Below are positions 36,469 through 46,678 of a stretch of 49,534 nucleotides of DNA, in pieces. The notes beneath the pieces were generated by a model. The model was not told where the DNA came from and ran no database searches. It worked only from the letters and a program-made list of their open reading frames with translations. The stretch comes from Candidatus Parcubacteria bacterium (lineage in GTDB: Bacteria; Patescibacteriota; Minisyncoccia; UBA6257; 2-01-FULL-56-20), in the NCBI GenBank assembly GCA_027450205.1, contig DAIDJL010000004.1:270413-319946 (forward strand). The letters are read 5' to 3'. The position numbers were made by a program, and so were the translations under genes. Position 1 is the stretch's first letter. The number at the start of each line of letters is the position of its first letter.

Positions 36469-37509
36469 TTATTTTTTTGATTTTCTCTTTTTTATAAATA
36501 ATCGCTTAAATTTTTCCTTGCCGTTTAAAATCGAACTCCTGCCATATATCCCCGCAGGGTCCTGATCTCTGTCACGGTTCGAGCCAAGCAGCTCAAATTG
36601 ATTAGGGTTATATTTGTCCAAAAATGTAATCGGCACGCCCATCACTCCATCATAATCCATTGGAATATCAGCCACCACATCGACATTGATTGCGTCATAA
36701 TTATCATATTTCGGATATTCCTCTGCCGTATATTTTTTATACATCACAAACTCTTCGTGACGCTTGCTAGTATCGAGATTTGTATACCAACAAGCCATAA
36801 TATGCTTTAATTTTTTACCATCAACAATTTTTTCATACTTCTCACCTTCTGGAACTAAAAGCCACATATCACTATTAATATTGCGATAGCCCAACCATAA
36901 CCGGTTAGCTTTTATATGCTTAAAAACGTCTTTATAAGTAATTGAATTTTTATTGCCGATAATCAGAAATTTTTTATCGAATTCCATGAGCTGAGCAATG
37001 TAATCTCCAAAAAGGGAAAATGGAGGATTCGTGCAAATAATATCCGCTTCCTTAAGAAATCCTACACATTCATCGCTTCGAAAATCACCAGTGCCTTGCA
37101 AGGGAGTGGCGATGTTTTTGTCATGCCTCAACAAGAACCTAACGTCGTCAAGATTTATGGAACCGTCTCCATTAGAGTCAGGAACTTCATTTATCTCGAT
37201 TTTGAACGGTTCCTTACCGGATGGCTTTAGTCCTTCTACTTCAAATAACGGCAACTGTCCACCCGCGATAGGTGATTTCGTGTAGCTTGTGGTAATAAGC
37301 TTTTTCAGTCCCAACGCCCTAAAATTAGCAGCAAAATATTTAAAGAAATTACTTTCAAAGGGGTCGTCGCAATTGCAATATACAATTTTCCCGCGAAACT
37401 GTTCTTTATAGTGCTTTAATTCCTCTTCAATATCGACGAGTTGAGTATAGAATTCATCATTCTTTACTTTGGCCGCCCTATTGAGGCTTGAATTTGATTT
37501 GGCTTTCAT
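36469..37509 (-). CDS. Adenine-specific DNA methyltransferase, EcoRI-methylase family
   Basis: NDEFYT, VYCNCDDP, GDFRS.EC, TNPPFSLF, GVPITFLDKYNP. Confidence 0.93.
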   Translation of the reverse strand: MKAKSNSSLNRAAKVKNDEFYTQLVDIEEELKHYKEQFRGKIVYCNCDDPFESNFFKYFAANFRALGLKKLITTSYTKSPIAGGQLPLFEVEGLKPSGKEPFKIEINEVPDSNGDGSINLDDVRFLLRHDKNIATPLQGTGDFRSDECVGFLKEADIICTNPPFSLFGDYIAQLMEFDKKFLIIGNKNSITYKDVFKHIKANRLWLGYRNINSDMWLLVPEGEKYEKIVDGKKLKHIMACWYTNLDTSKRHEEFVMYKKYTAEEYPKYDNYDAINVDVVADIPMDYDGVMGVPITFLDKYNPNQFELLGSNRDRDQDPAGIYGRSSILNGKEKFKRLFIKKRKSKK

Positions 37510-37528
37510 AAAATCCTAGGCTTATCAT

Positions 37529-38236
37529 TCAAGCCCCAGCGGGTGATTTTGTGGCGAGTTTCTCACCCCTCTCCACTTCCGGCATATCTTCCAATAATTT
37601 TTCCGTTAGCTTATCGGTTTCTATCCAACGAATTGTAAGATTAATTAAATCTTTCAAATCATCGAGATCTTTCCCCTCCCAGATTCGTTCATAATGCACC
37701 TCATCGTTTCCGAGCCACGCTGCGCGTTGTGCGACGAGCTTTAGTTGGGCATGGTCAACGCGATTTTTGATTACCGTCCCCAATGATTCCTTTTTTATCT
37801 TTTCGGCTTCAGCTGGAGTTTTGCTAATAACATAATCTTTAATGAGAAATTCTAAAGCTTTCCGATAACCAGCACCGCAAATAATATCTAACCCCTCAAT
37901 CTCGGCGGTATAAGATTGATTGTAGATCTCAATAAAGTTCGGCGATATTGCTGCAATAATCTCTGAAAAATTTATCTCGATAGGGTCGGCCGGCTTAGCT
38001 TCAGCAAATTCATAAATTCCTGCGGGTTGTTTGTAATAAGCGATAAATGGATTTCGACAGCTTTCGTCTGGACAGCGGTAAATCATCCGTAAAGGATAAG
38101 AAACCGATGGATTTAAAAAGCCAGTTACCATTACGGCGGTGATTTTGTTATGACACAAAGGACAAGTTCCTGGATTTTTATCGATATTAACGCTCGTCCC
38201 CTGTCCCAGCTGATTGATGCAATTAACAAGTATCAT
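37529..38236 (-). CDS. DUF4145 (HEPN-like) protein with N-terminal Zn-finger
   Basis: CPLC...CPDESC, GYRKALEFLIKD, WLGNDEVH. Confidence 0.85.
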   Translation of the reverse strand: MILVNCINQLGQGTSVNIDKNPGTCPLCHNKITAVMVTGFLNPSVSYPLRMIYRCPDESCRNPFIAYYKQPAGIYEFAEAKPADPIEINFSEIIAAISPNFIEIYNQSYTAEIEGLDIICGAGYRKALEFLIKDYVISKTPAEAEKIKKESLGTVIKNRVDHAQLKLVAQRAAWLGNDEVHYERIWEGKDLDDLKDLINLTIRWIETDKLTEKLLEDMPEVERGEKLATKSPAGA

Positions 38237-38455
38237 TGCGATAATTCTAATGCTCTCAAGCGAATAACTCAACCTCCTCAACGTAGTCTTATCTAAAACC
38301 AATGATCAAGAAAATATGCCGGCCGCTGGCGGGATATTTTCTTAGGGTCTCCGAATTAGTTCCGCAACTATCATCGCTATCTCTCAAGCACTACCATCGT
38401 CCATCCATAATCTAAGCGACTCAAGCACTCGTTAGGTCTTCGGAATTTTTACTCC

Positions 38456-38725
38456 CTAATATCTCGGCAATGAAAGGAGGTTGTCACCCCAATCACCATC
38501 TGCATACGTTTGAATGTATGCGTCCCGTCCCGCTGGTCGACGGACATAGACATATGCACGCAACCCTTTTGCGATATCGTAAACATAGAAATCATATAAT
38601 TTCGCATCTATGTCGTTGATAACGGCTTGCCGAGGAAACGATTGGCCATCAATCATAACCGCACTGATGTGCTCGTGGCTATTATGACCTTCCACCATAT
38701 GCACCTTCGTTATTCTTCTATCCAT
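38456..38725 (-). CDS. DUF3892 family protein
   Basis: HEHI...YIQTYADG...DNLLSLP signature. Confidence 0.85.
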   Translation of the reverse strand: MDRRITKVHMVEGHNSHEHISAVMIDGQSFPRQAVINDIDAKLYDFYVYDIAKGLRAYVYVRRPAGRDAYIQTYADGDWGDNLLSLPRY

Positions 38726-38941
38726 TCTAACTGTTTTATTCTCTGCCTTTCGGCGGATTAATTTTTATTGCCTTAGGAGGACGGACCTTTAAAATTTCAC
38801 TCCCTAGCAGCTTTAAGGATAATCGAAAATTAAGGCGTGTCAAGAGTTACGTTTGTGCATAAATTGTTAACTTCCCGGCTCAAAAACAATGTGCCGCAGA
38901 TCCCGATGGAACGGATCGCTAAAACATAATACGGGCACTTG

Positions 38942-39024
38942 CTTTTGAAAGGTGTCTCGGAAGCGCGAAGGCGGCGAGAGCCAAGGCGGCCAGCCGGCAG
39001 GCTGGAACGCCGTCCTTTCAAAAG
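38942..39024. repeat. Structured dispersed repeat family A, copy after fusA
   Basis: CTTTTGAAAGG/CCTTTCAAAAG arms around CGGAAGCGCGAAGGCGGCGAG...GCAGGCTGGAACGCCGTCC. Confidence 0.7.
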
Positions 39025-39038
39025 GGGTCTTATGGTAT

Positions 39039-41156
<2,118 letters not shown>

Positions 41157-41338
41157 GGTTCGTAATTTTTTTATTATAAGAATTTTTTAAAAGGCGGCTC
41201 GTGCCGCCCAAAAGCGATCATGCAACGCTGATTATCGTAGCACGGAAACACCGAAGGTGCAAACGTATTGACTAATTCCCTGGAAAATAGTATATTCTCA
41301 GCAGTATTCCGCGCGGCAACCGCCGCAGAAGGAGATGT

Positions 41339-41767
41339 ATGATCCACATCAATGTCTCGGGAATTCCTCTGGATTTCCCGGAGGAGAATGTCCCGCTGCT
41401 CAAAAAGAACCTCGTCATGGAGGCGATATCCAGCTTCCGTGCGCCGCCGGAGGAGATCTGCGTGGCGATCTTCCGGGACAGCCATGCGTTCTCAATGGAC
41501 CTTGAGGACATCTTCTCGCTCGAAGCGATCATGGCGGAGAACATGTTCAAAAATCCGGTACTGATGCGAGGGCGCGTCATTCGGACGATCAAACGCTATC
41601 CCCGCTTCCCCGTGCAACCCGGCGAACCCCGGATCCTGCGCAAAGGCGAAAACCTGTGCCTCATCAAGGAAAAGACATTCGGCGCCCTCCCGGGATGCGG
41701 CGCTGAGATGCTTGACCTCGTCAGGCGCATCATGGACAAGAACGGGCTTGCCTTCAAGATGGAATGA
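41339..41767 (+). CDS. Hypothetical protein
   Basis: 142-aa ORF with AAGGAG SD, antisense between rpsG and fusA, ending at a shared terminator. Confidence 0.65.
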   Translation: MIHINVSGIPLDFPEENVPLLKKNLVMEAISSFRAPPEEICVAIFRDSHAFSMDLEDIFSLEAIMAENMFKNPVLMRGRVIRTIKRYPRFPVQPGEPRILRKGENLCLIKEKTFGALPGCGAEMLDLVRRIMDKNGLAFKME

Positions 41768-41805
41768 GCCATCACACCAGAACAAACCATCGGCCATAGA
41801 AACAC

Positions 41806-41841
41806 AAAGGCCGCGGCATGGTAATGCCGCGGCCTTTTTTT
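41806..41841. terminator. Bidirectional terminator after rpsG
   Basis: AAAGGCCGCGGCAT/ATGCCGCGGCCTTT plus T-run. Confidence 0.85.
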
Positions 41842-41855
41842 ATGACGCGCTCAGC

Positions 41856-42323
41856 TTATCGCGCGAAATGCGCGAAGGCGCGGTTTGCTTCTGCCATCCG
41901 GTGCATGTCGAGCTTTTTCTTGATAGCGCTGCCTTCGTTCTTTGACGCGGCAATGATCTCTTCAGCCAGCTTGTCGGCCATGCCCTTGCCCTTTTTGGCA
42001 CGGGCAGCGCCGATGATCCAGCGGAGCGCGAGCACAAAGCGGCGCTCGGGGCGCACCTCGCGCGGCACCTGATAGTTGGCACCGCCGACGCGCTTGGAAG
42101 CGACTTCCAGAAGGGGCATCACGTTCTCCATCGCCCGGTCGAAAACGACCAACGGATCTTCTTTTGTGATTTCCTTCACCTTATCGAATGCACCATACAC
42201 CAGCTTCTCCGCGGTGGATTTTTTGCCATCTTCCATTACGTAATTGATGAGGCGGCCCAATTCAACGCGGCCATGGACGACGTCGGGCTGATGGAACTTT
42301 TTATATATCCGTTTCTTGCGCAT
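41856..42323 (-). CDS. rpsG: 30S ribosomal protein S7
   Basis: [22 protein letters not shown]. Confidence 0.99.
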   Translation of the reverse strand: MRKKRIYKKFHQPDVVHGRVELGRLINYVMEDGKKSTAEKLVYGAFDKVKEITKEDPLVVFDRAMENVMPLLEVASKRVGGANYQVPREVRPERRFVLALRWIIGAARAKKGKGMADKLAEEIIAASKNEGSAIKKKLDMHRMAEANRAFAHFAR

Positions 42324-42329
42324 GATATT

Positions 42330-42746
42330 TTATTTTGCCTTTGCGCGCTTGGCGCCGTATTTTGAACGCTGCTGTTTGCGGCCTTCAACACCGGTGGTAT
42401 CAAGTACGCCGCGAACAATGTGATAGCGGACCCCCGGAAGATCTTTCACGCGGCCCCCGCGCAACATGACGATGGAGTGTTCCTGCAGGCTATGGCCTAT
42501 TCCCGGAATGTAAGCCGTGACCTCCATGCCGTTCGTCAGGCGCACGCGCGCAACCTTACGGATGGCGGAGTTCGGTTTCTTCGGCGTCTGAGTGAACACT
42601 TTTACGCACACTCCCCGCTTGAACGGCGAAGTTGAATCCACCGGCCGGTTGTGGATGGAATTAAAATAATATGCCAAAGCCGGCGCCTTGCTCTTTGTGG
42701 CAAGCGGCTTTCGGCCCTTTTTTATGAGTTGACGGATGGTAGGCAT
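42330..42746 (-). CDS. rpsL: 30S ribosomal protein S12
   Basis: [28 protein letters not shown]. Confidence 0.99.
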   Translation of the reverse strand: MPTIRQLIKKGRKPLATKSKAPALAYYFNSIHNRPVDSTSPFKRGVCVKVFTQTPKKPNSAIRKVARVRLTNGMEVTAYIPGIGHSLQEHSIVMLRGGRVKDLPGVRYHIVRGVLDTTGVEGRKQQRSKYGAKRAKAK

Positions 42747-42800
42747 TGCGAATACCAAAGAATTGTAAGCGAGGTGCGGTTTTATGTCAAATAAAGCGCC

Positions 42801-43097
42801 CTATCCCCGCTTCTCCACCACCCGAAGTCGGACGTCAAAATCCCTATCAGATCCCTGAAGCTTTGAGATGTCTTCATCGGTGCGGGCCATATATGCGGAA
42901 AGTCGCGCATCCACGCCCATTGTTATTTTGCGAAGGTCCGCGATAGCTTTGAGAATTTCATCCTTGAACGACCTCAGTTCGTCCTTTGTAGCCATCGTGG
43001 CCTTCATCTCTATTATCTCAACTTTCATCTCTGCTATCTCCGCGTGGACCTCATCAAAATCTTTTTGAATTGCGAGTGCTAATGTGCCTATTGTCAT
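42801..43097 (-). CDS. Coiled-coil hypothetical protein
   Basis: Heptad pattern, MATKDEL motif; TAAAAT 6 nt upstream. Confidence 0.75.
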   Translation of the reverse strand: MTIGTLALAIQKDFDEVHAEIAEMKVEIIEMKATMATKDELRSFKDEILKAIADLRKITMGVDARLSAYMARTDEDISKLQGSDRDFDVRLRVVEKRG

Positions 43098-43198
43098 GCA
43101 CTAATTTTATTGCGACAAAAAATTAAGTCAAAAACTTTTTCATGATTTTTTAATCTTTTTGAATTACCCATCACCGAAGTGCCACCACGCAAGAAAAC

Positions 43199-43237
43199 AA
43201 CTTTCGCCGAACGGTCATCTGCCTGGAGGCGAAAGTT
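43199..43237. repeat. Hairpin downstream of tRNA-Ala (family B)
   Basis: AACTTTCGCC/GGCGAAAGTT stem with a 19-nt loop similar to the 18538-18556 loop. Confidence 0.65.
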
Positions 43238-43252
43238 ATTTCTTTGCGTTGT

Positions 43253-43326
43253 TGGTGGACCTGAGGGGAATCGAACCCCTATCTATCGGATGCAAACCGA
43301 TTGCTCTACCACTAAGCTACAGGCCC
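43253..43326 (-). tRNA. tRNA-Ala(TGC)
   Basis: G3-U70 pair, anticodon loop TTTGCAT, encoded CCA. Confidence 0.95.
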
Positions 43327-43350
43327 GAAAAATATCCCTATAGTTATATC

Positions 43351-44034
43351 CTAAAATAGCCGCCCCGCAAAGAGGGCGAAGAAAAAGTTGATGATGGGAA
43401 AAATGATCTGGAATCCGAAGAAGACAAAAATGAGCACAAGGATCAACCCCCAACGCTCCATGAAATACATGAATTTGTAGGTCGCCGGCGTCGGCGGCAG
43501 GATCAAAAATAAAAGCTTGGAGCCGTCGAGCGGCGGGATCGGCACAAGATTAAAGATCCCCAGAAGCACGTTGATGTAGACGATGATCAAAAAGAAAAAA
43601 TATATGCCGTCGAACGGGCCGGTAAAGACCGGCATCGCGCCGCCCGCGAGCGCGTTAAAGAACGCATCCTTCGCGGCGCCGGCCACCGGCAGCATGATAC
43701 TCAGCACGCCGAACACGAGCGCGATGAAAAGGTTTGTGACCGGACCGGCAAGTGCGACCTTCACCGCGCCCGTGCGCGGGTTTTTCAGGTTGTTGGGATT
43801 GTACGGCACCGGCTTCGCGCCCGCGAAGAAAAAACCCGTGGTAAAAAAGAGTACGAGCGGCATAAGGAACGAAAGAAACGGATCCAGGTGCGCAAGCGGA
43901 TTCAGCGTCAGCCGCCCGGCGCGCCGCGCCGTGTCATCCCCCAGCCGTTCCGCCTCGTAGCCATGCGCCACTTCGTGGAGCACCGCGGAAAAAAGCAGGA
44001 CGACGAATTCAAACACGATGATTGCAATAGTCAT
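43351..44034 (-). CDS. Site-2 protease family (M50) membrane metalloprotease
   Basis: HEVAHG, GRLTLNPLAHLDP, ALAGP..N, FNLVPIPPLDGSK. Confidence 0.96.
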   Translation of the reverse strand: MTIAIIVFEFVVLLFSAVLHEVAHGYEAERLGDDTARRAGRLTLNPLAHLDPFLSFLMPLVLFFTTGFFFAGAKPVPYNPNNLKNPRTGAVKVALAGPVTNLFIALVFGVLSIMLPVAGAAKDAFFNALAGGAMPVFTGPFDGIYFFFLIIVYINVLLGIFNLVPIPPLDGSKLLFLILPPTPATYKFMYFMERWGLILVLIFVFFGFQIIFPIINFFFALFAGRLF

Positions 44035-44112
44035 AGAAGTAATTGTAGCATTAGAGCGTACGGAAGAAACCCACCATTGAGTACGCCCCGCAGGGCGCCG
44101 ATGGTGCACTAT

Positions 44113-44184
44113 GCCCTCGTAGTGAAACGGATATCACGCATGGCTTCGAACCATGAAGTCTGGGTTCAACTCCTGGCGGGGGCA
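44113..44184 (+). tRNA. tRNA-Arg(TCG)
   Basis: GCCCTCG/CGGGGGC acceptor, CATGG-CTTCGAA-CCATG anticodon arm. Confidence 0.93.
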
Positions 44185-44301
44185 CTGATAGAAAAACAAA
44201 GAGGCGCAGCAGACCCGTCGCGCGCCGGACAGGACAGTGGAATTCCCGGCATCATCTCAATTGCATTTTTCATCAATTCTTAATAAACTATTTTTGATAT
44301 T

Positions 44302-44374
44302 GCCCCTATAGCTCAGTTGGTAGAGCTGCTCCCTCTTAAGGAGAAGGTCCCAGGTTCGAGTCCTGGTGGGGGCA
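44302..44374 (+). tRNA. tRNA-Lys(CTT)
   Basis: GCCCCTA/TGGGGGC acceptor, anticodon loop CTCTTAA, T-loop TTCGAGT. Confidence 0.94.
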
Positions 44375-44451
44375 CGACAAATTATCATCGGCACCATCCC
44401 GTCCGATTTTTGAATCTTCGGGGTGGAGTGTGGTATACTGTGTGCACATCA

Positions 44452-46671
44452 ATGCTTCAGATAGCACCGAATACGCCGCTTTTTGAGGTAGTGGGAGCAA
44501 GGGTTCCCGCTTTGCGCCGTCTTGAAAAGATGGGGATCAAAACCGTGCGCGATCTTCTCTGGCACTTCCCCACCCGTTACGAGGATTTCACGAAAGTGTA
44601 TCCCGTCGCCGAGCTGGAGCCCGGACAGCAGGCAACCATCACCGGCATCGTCGAAGACATCCAGTCCAAGCACAGCTGGCGGCGCGGCATGAGCATCGTA
44701 GAGGCCACGATCGCGGACGAATCGGGTTCCATCCGCGCAGTATGGTTCAACCAGCCGTACGTGGCGAACGTCCTGAAGACCGGACGCGCGGCAAATTTCG
44801 CCGGCAAGGCGTCCGTGTCAGAAGAAGGCGAGATCTATTTGAACAATCCCGTTTACGAAGTGATCCGCATGCGCAATCAGGCGGACGGAAACGGCCAGGA
44901 AATGAACCATACCGCGCGGCTCGTGCCGGTCTATCCCGAGACCCGCGGACTCACCTCGCGCGGAATACGGTTCGTCACCCAGATACTTTTTAAAAAGAAC
45001 CCCGCGCTCAAGGAATGGATCCCCGCCGAAGTCCTGGCGGAATTCAAATTTCCCGAACTGAACGAGGCGATCCATTCCATCCATTTTCCCCGCCAGATAG
45101 AGGATGCGACCGTGGCGCGCGCCCGATTCTCGTTCGAAGAACTATTTTTGCTCCAAATCCTGAACATGCAGCAGAAGATGAAGCTCGCGGCCGAGCGGGC
45201 GCCGGTCATCAAGGCGGATGTCGAACGCGTGAAGACGATGCTCGCGCGGCTTCCCTTTGAGCTCACCCATTCGCAGAAGCAATCGCTGTGGGAGATCATC
45301 CAGGACATAGAGAAGGCGCGGCCGATGAACCGCCTCCTGCAGGGCGACGTCGGCTCCGGCAAGACGGTCGTTGCCGCCGTGGCGGCGGTGATCGCCGCGG
45401 AGAACGGGATGCAAACGGCGTTCATGGCGCCTACGGAGATCCTCGCGCGCCAGCACTTTGAGACGATGAAGAAATTCTTTGCGGCGCTCGCGCAGGGTGA
45501 TGCCGCGCAGCCCGCGATCGGGCTCATCACCGGCAGCAGCGCGCATATTTTTTACGGAAAGGAGCTGGAATCAAAAACGACCAAGCCGGAATTTTATAAG
45601 AAGGTGGCCGCCGGCGAGGTCTCCATCATCTTCGGTACACACGCGCTCATCCAGAAAGCGATGGAGTTCTCCGCGCTCGGACTCGTAATAATAGACGAGC
45701 AGCACCGGTTCGGCGTGCGCCAGCGCGCGGAACTGAACGCAAAGAAGGATGCCGGCCGCGGCGGCAATGGCACGGCGAAAAGCGGCGGTGCGCCCATCCC
45801 CCACTTCCTCAGCATGTCCGCCACGCCGATCCCGCGCACGCTCATGCTCTCCGTGTTCGGCGATCTGGATCTTTCGCTCATTACCGAACTGCCGGCCGGA
45901 CGAAAGGAAATTAAAACGGAGATCGTTCCGCCGCTCAAACGCACGGCCACGTACAACTTCATTCGCGCACAGATAAAAGAAGGCCGCCAGGCGTTCGTTA
46001 TCTGTCCGCGCATCGATGCGGAGGAAGAAACGGAAGCGGAAACGAAACCGGGCGGTATGCACGCTGCGGCGGCGAAGAAACTGGAATTGAAATCGGTCAA
46101 GGAAGAATACGATAAGCTTTCGACCAAGATCTTTCCCGACCTCCGCATCGCGATGCTGCACGGCCAGATGAAGCCCGGGGAAAAAGAAGCGGTGATGAAA
46201 AAGTTCAAGGGCCGCGAATTCGACATCCTCGTCGCAACGTCCGTGGTGGAGGTGGGCGTGGACGTGCCGAACGCGTCCATCATGATGATCGAAGGCGCCG
46301 ACCGTTTCGGCCTCGCGCAGCTCTATCAGTTCCGCGGCCGCGTGGGCCGGGGCGAATATCAATCGTATTGTTTTTTAATGGCAGACTCGCAGGCTGCCGC
46401 AGCGAACGCGCGGCTCAAGGCGATCACCGAGGCGAAGAACGGTTTTGAGCTCGCGGAAAAGGACCTTGCTCTCCGCGGTCCCGGACAATTCTTCGGCCAC
46501 GTACAGACCGGATTGCCCGACGTGGCCATGGAAGCGCTCCGCGACCCGGAGCTCGTAAAGAATTCACGCGAGGCGGCCATCAGAACGCTCGCGGCGGACC
46601 CGCAACTGAAAAAAAATCCTCCGCTCCGGAAGAGGATGGAGGAATTCCGCGCGCGCGTGCATCAGGAGTAG
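44452..46671 (+). CDS. recG: ATP-dependent DNA helicase RecG
   Basis: Wedge domain, RLLQGDVGSGKT, DEQHRFG, SATPIPRTL, QFRGRVGR, DLALRGPG; start reassigned downstream of tRNA-Lys. Confidence 0.98.
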   Translation: MLQIAPNTPLFEVVGARVPALRRLEKMGIKTVRDLLWHFPTRYEDFTKVYPVAELEPGQQATITGIVEDIQSKHSWRRGMSIVEATIADESGSIRAVWFNQPYVANVLKTGRAANFAGKASVSEEGEIYLNNPVYEVIRMRNQADGNGQEMNHTARLVPVYPETRGLTSRGIRFVTQILFKKNPALKEWIPAEVLAEFKFPELNEAIHSIHFPRQIEDATVARARFSFEELFLLQILNMQQKMKLAAERAPVIKADVERVKTMLARLPFELTHSQKQSLWEIIQDIEKARPMNRLLQGDVGSGKTVVAAVAAVIAAENGMQTAFMAPTEILARQHFETMKKFFAALAQGDAAQPAIGLITGSSAHIFYGKELESKTTKPEFYKKVAAGEVSIIFGTHALIQKAMEFSALGLVIIDEQHRFGVRQRAELNAKKDAGRGGNGTAKSGGAPIPHFLSMSATPIPRTLMLSVFGDLDLSLITELPAGRKEIKTEIVPPLKRTATYNFIRAQIKEGRQAFVICPRIDAEEETEAETKPGGMHAAAAKKLELKSVKEEYDKLSTKIFPDLRIAMLHGQMKPGEKEAVMKKFKGREFDILVATSVVEVGVDVPNASIMMIEGADRFGLAQLYQFRGRVGRGEYQSYCFLMADSQAAAANARLKAITEAKNGFELAEKDLALRGPGQFFGHVQTGLPDVAMEALRDPELVKNSREAAIRTLAADPQLKKNPPLRKRMEEFRARVHQE

Positions 46672-46678
46672 CCCCCCC

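Noticed and set aside
38350-38445. CTCAAGCACT repeated twice between DUF3892 and DUF4145
   Set aside because: Only two short copies; too weak for a CRISPR or type III antitoxin array, and no cas genes are present in the window.
38890-38940. GTGCC/GGCAC stem with an inner GATCC/GGATC hairpin upstream of DUF3892
   Set aside because: No recognisable riboswitch or ribozyme consensus; short stems like these could arise by chance.
44317-44451. N-terminal extension of RecG in the ORF track
   Set aside because: It overlaps tRNA-Lys; a TATACT promoter lies just before ATG 44452.
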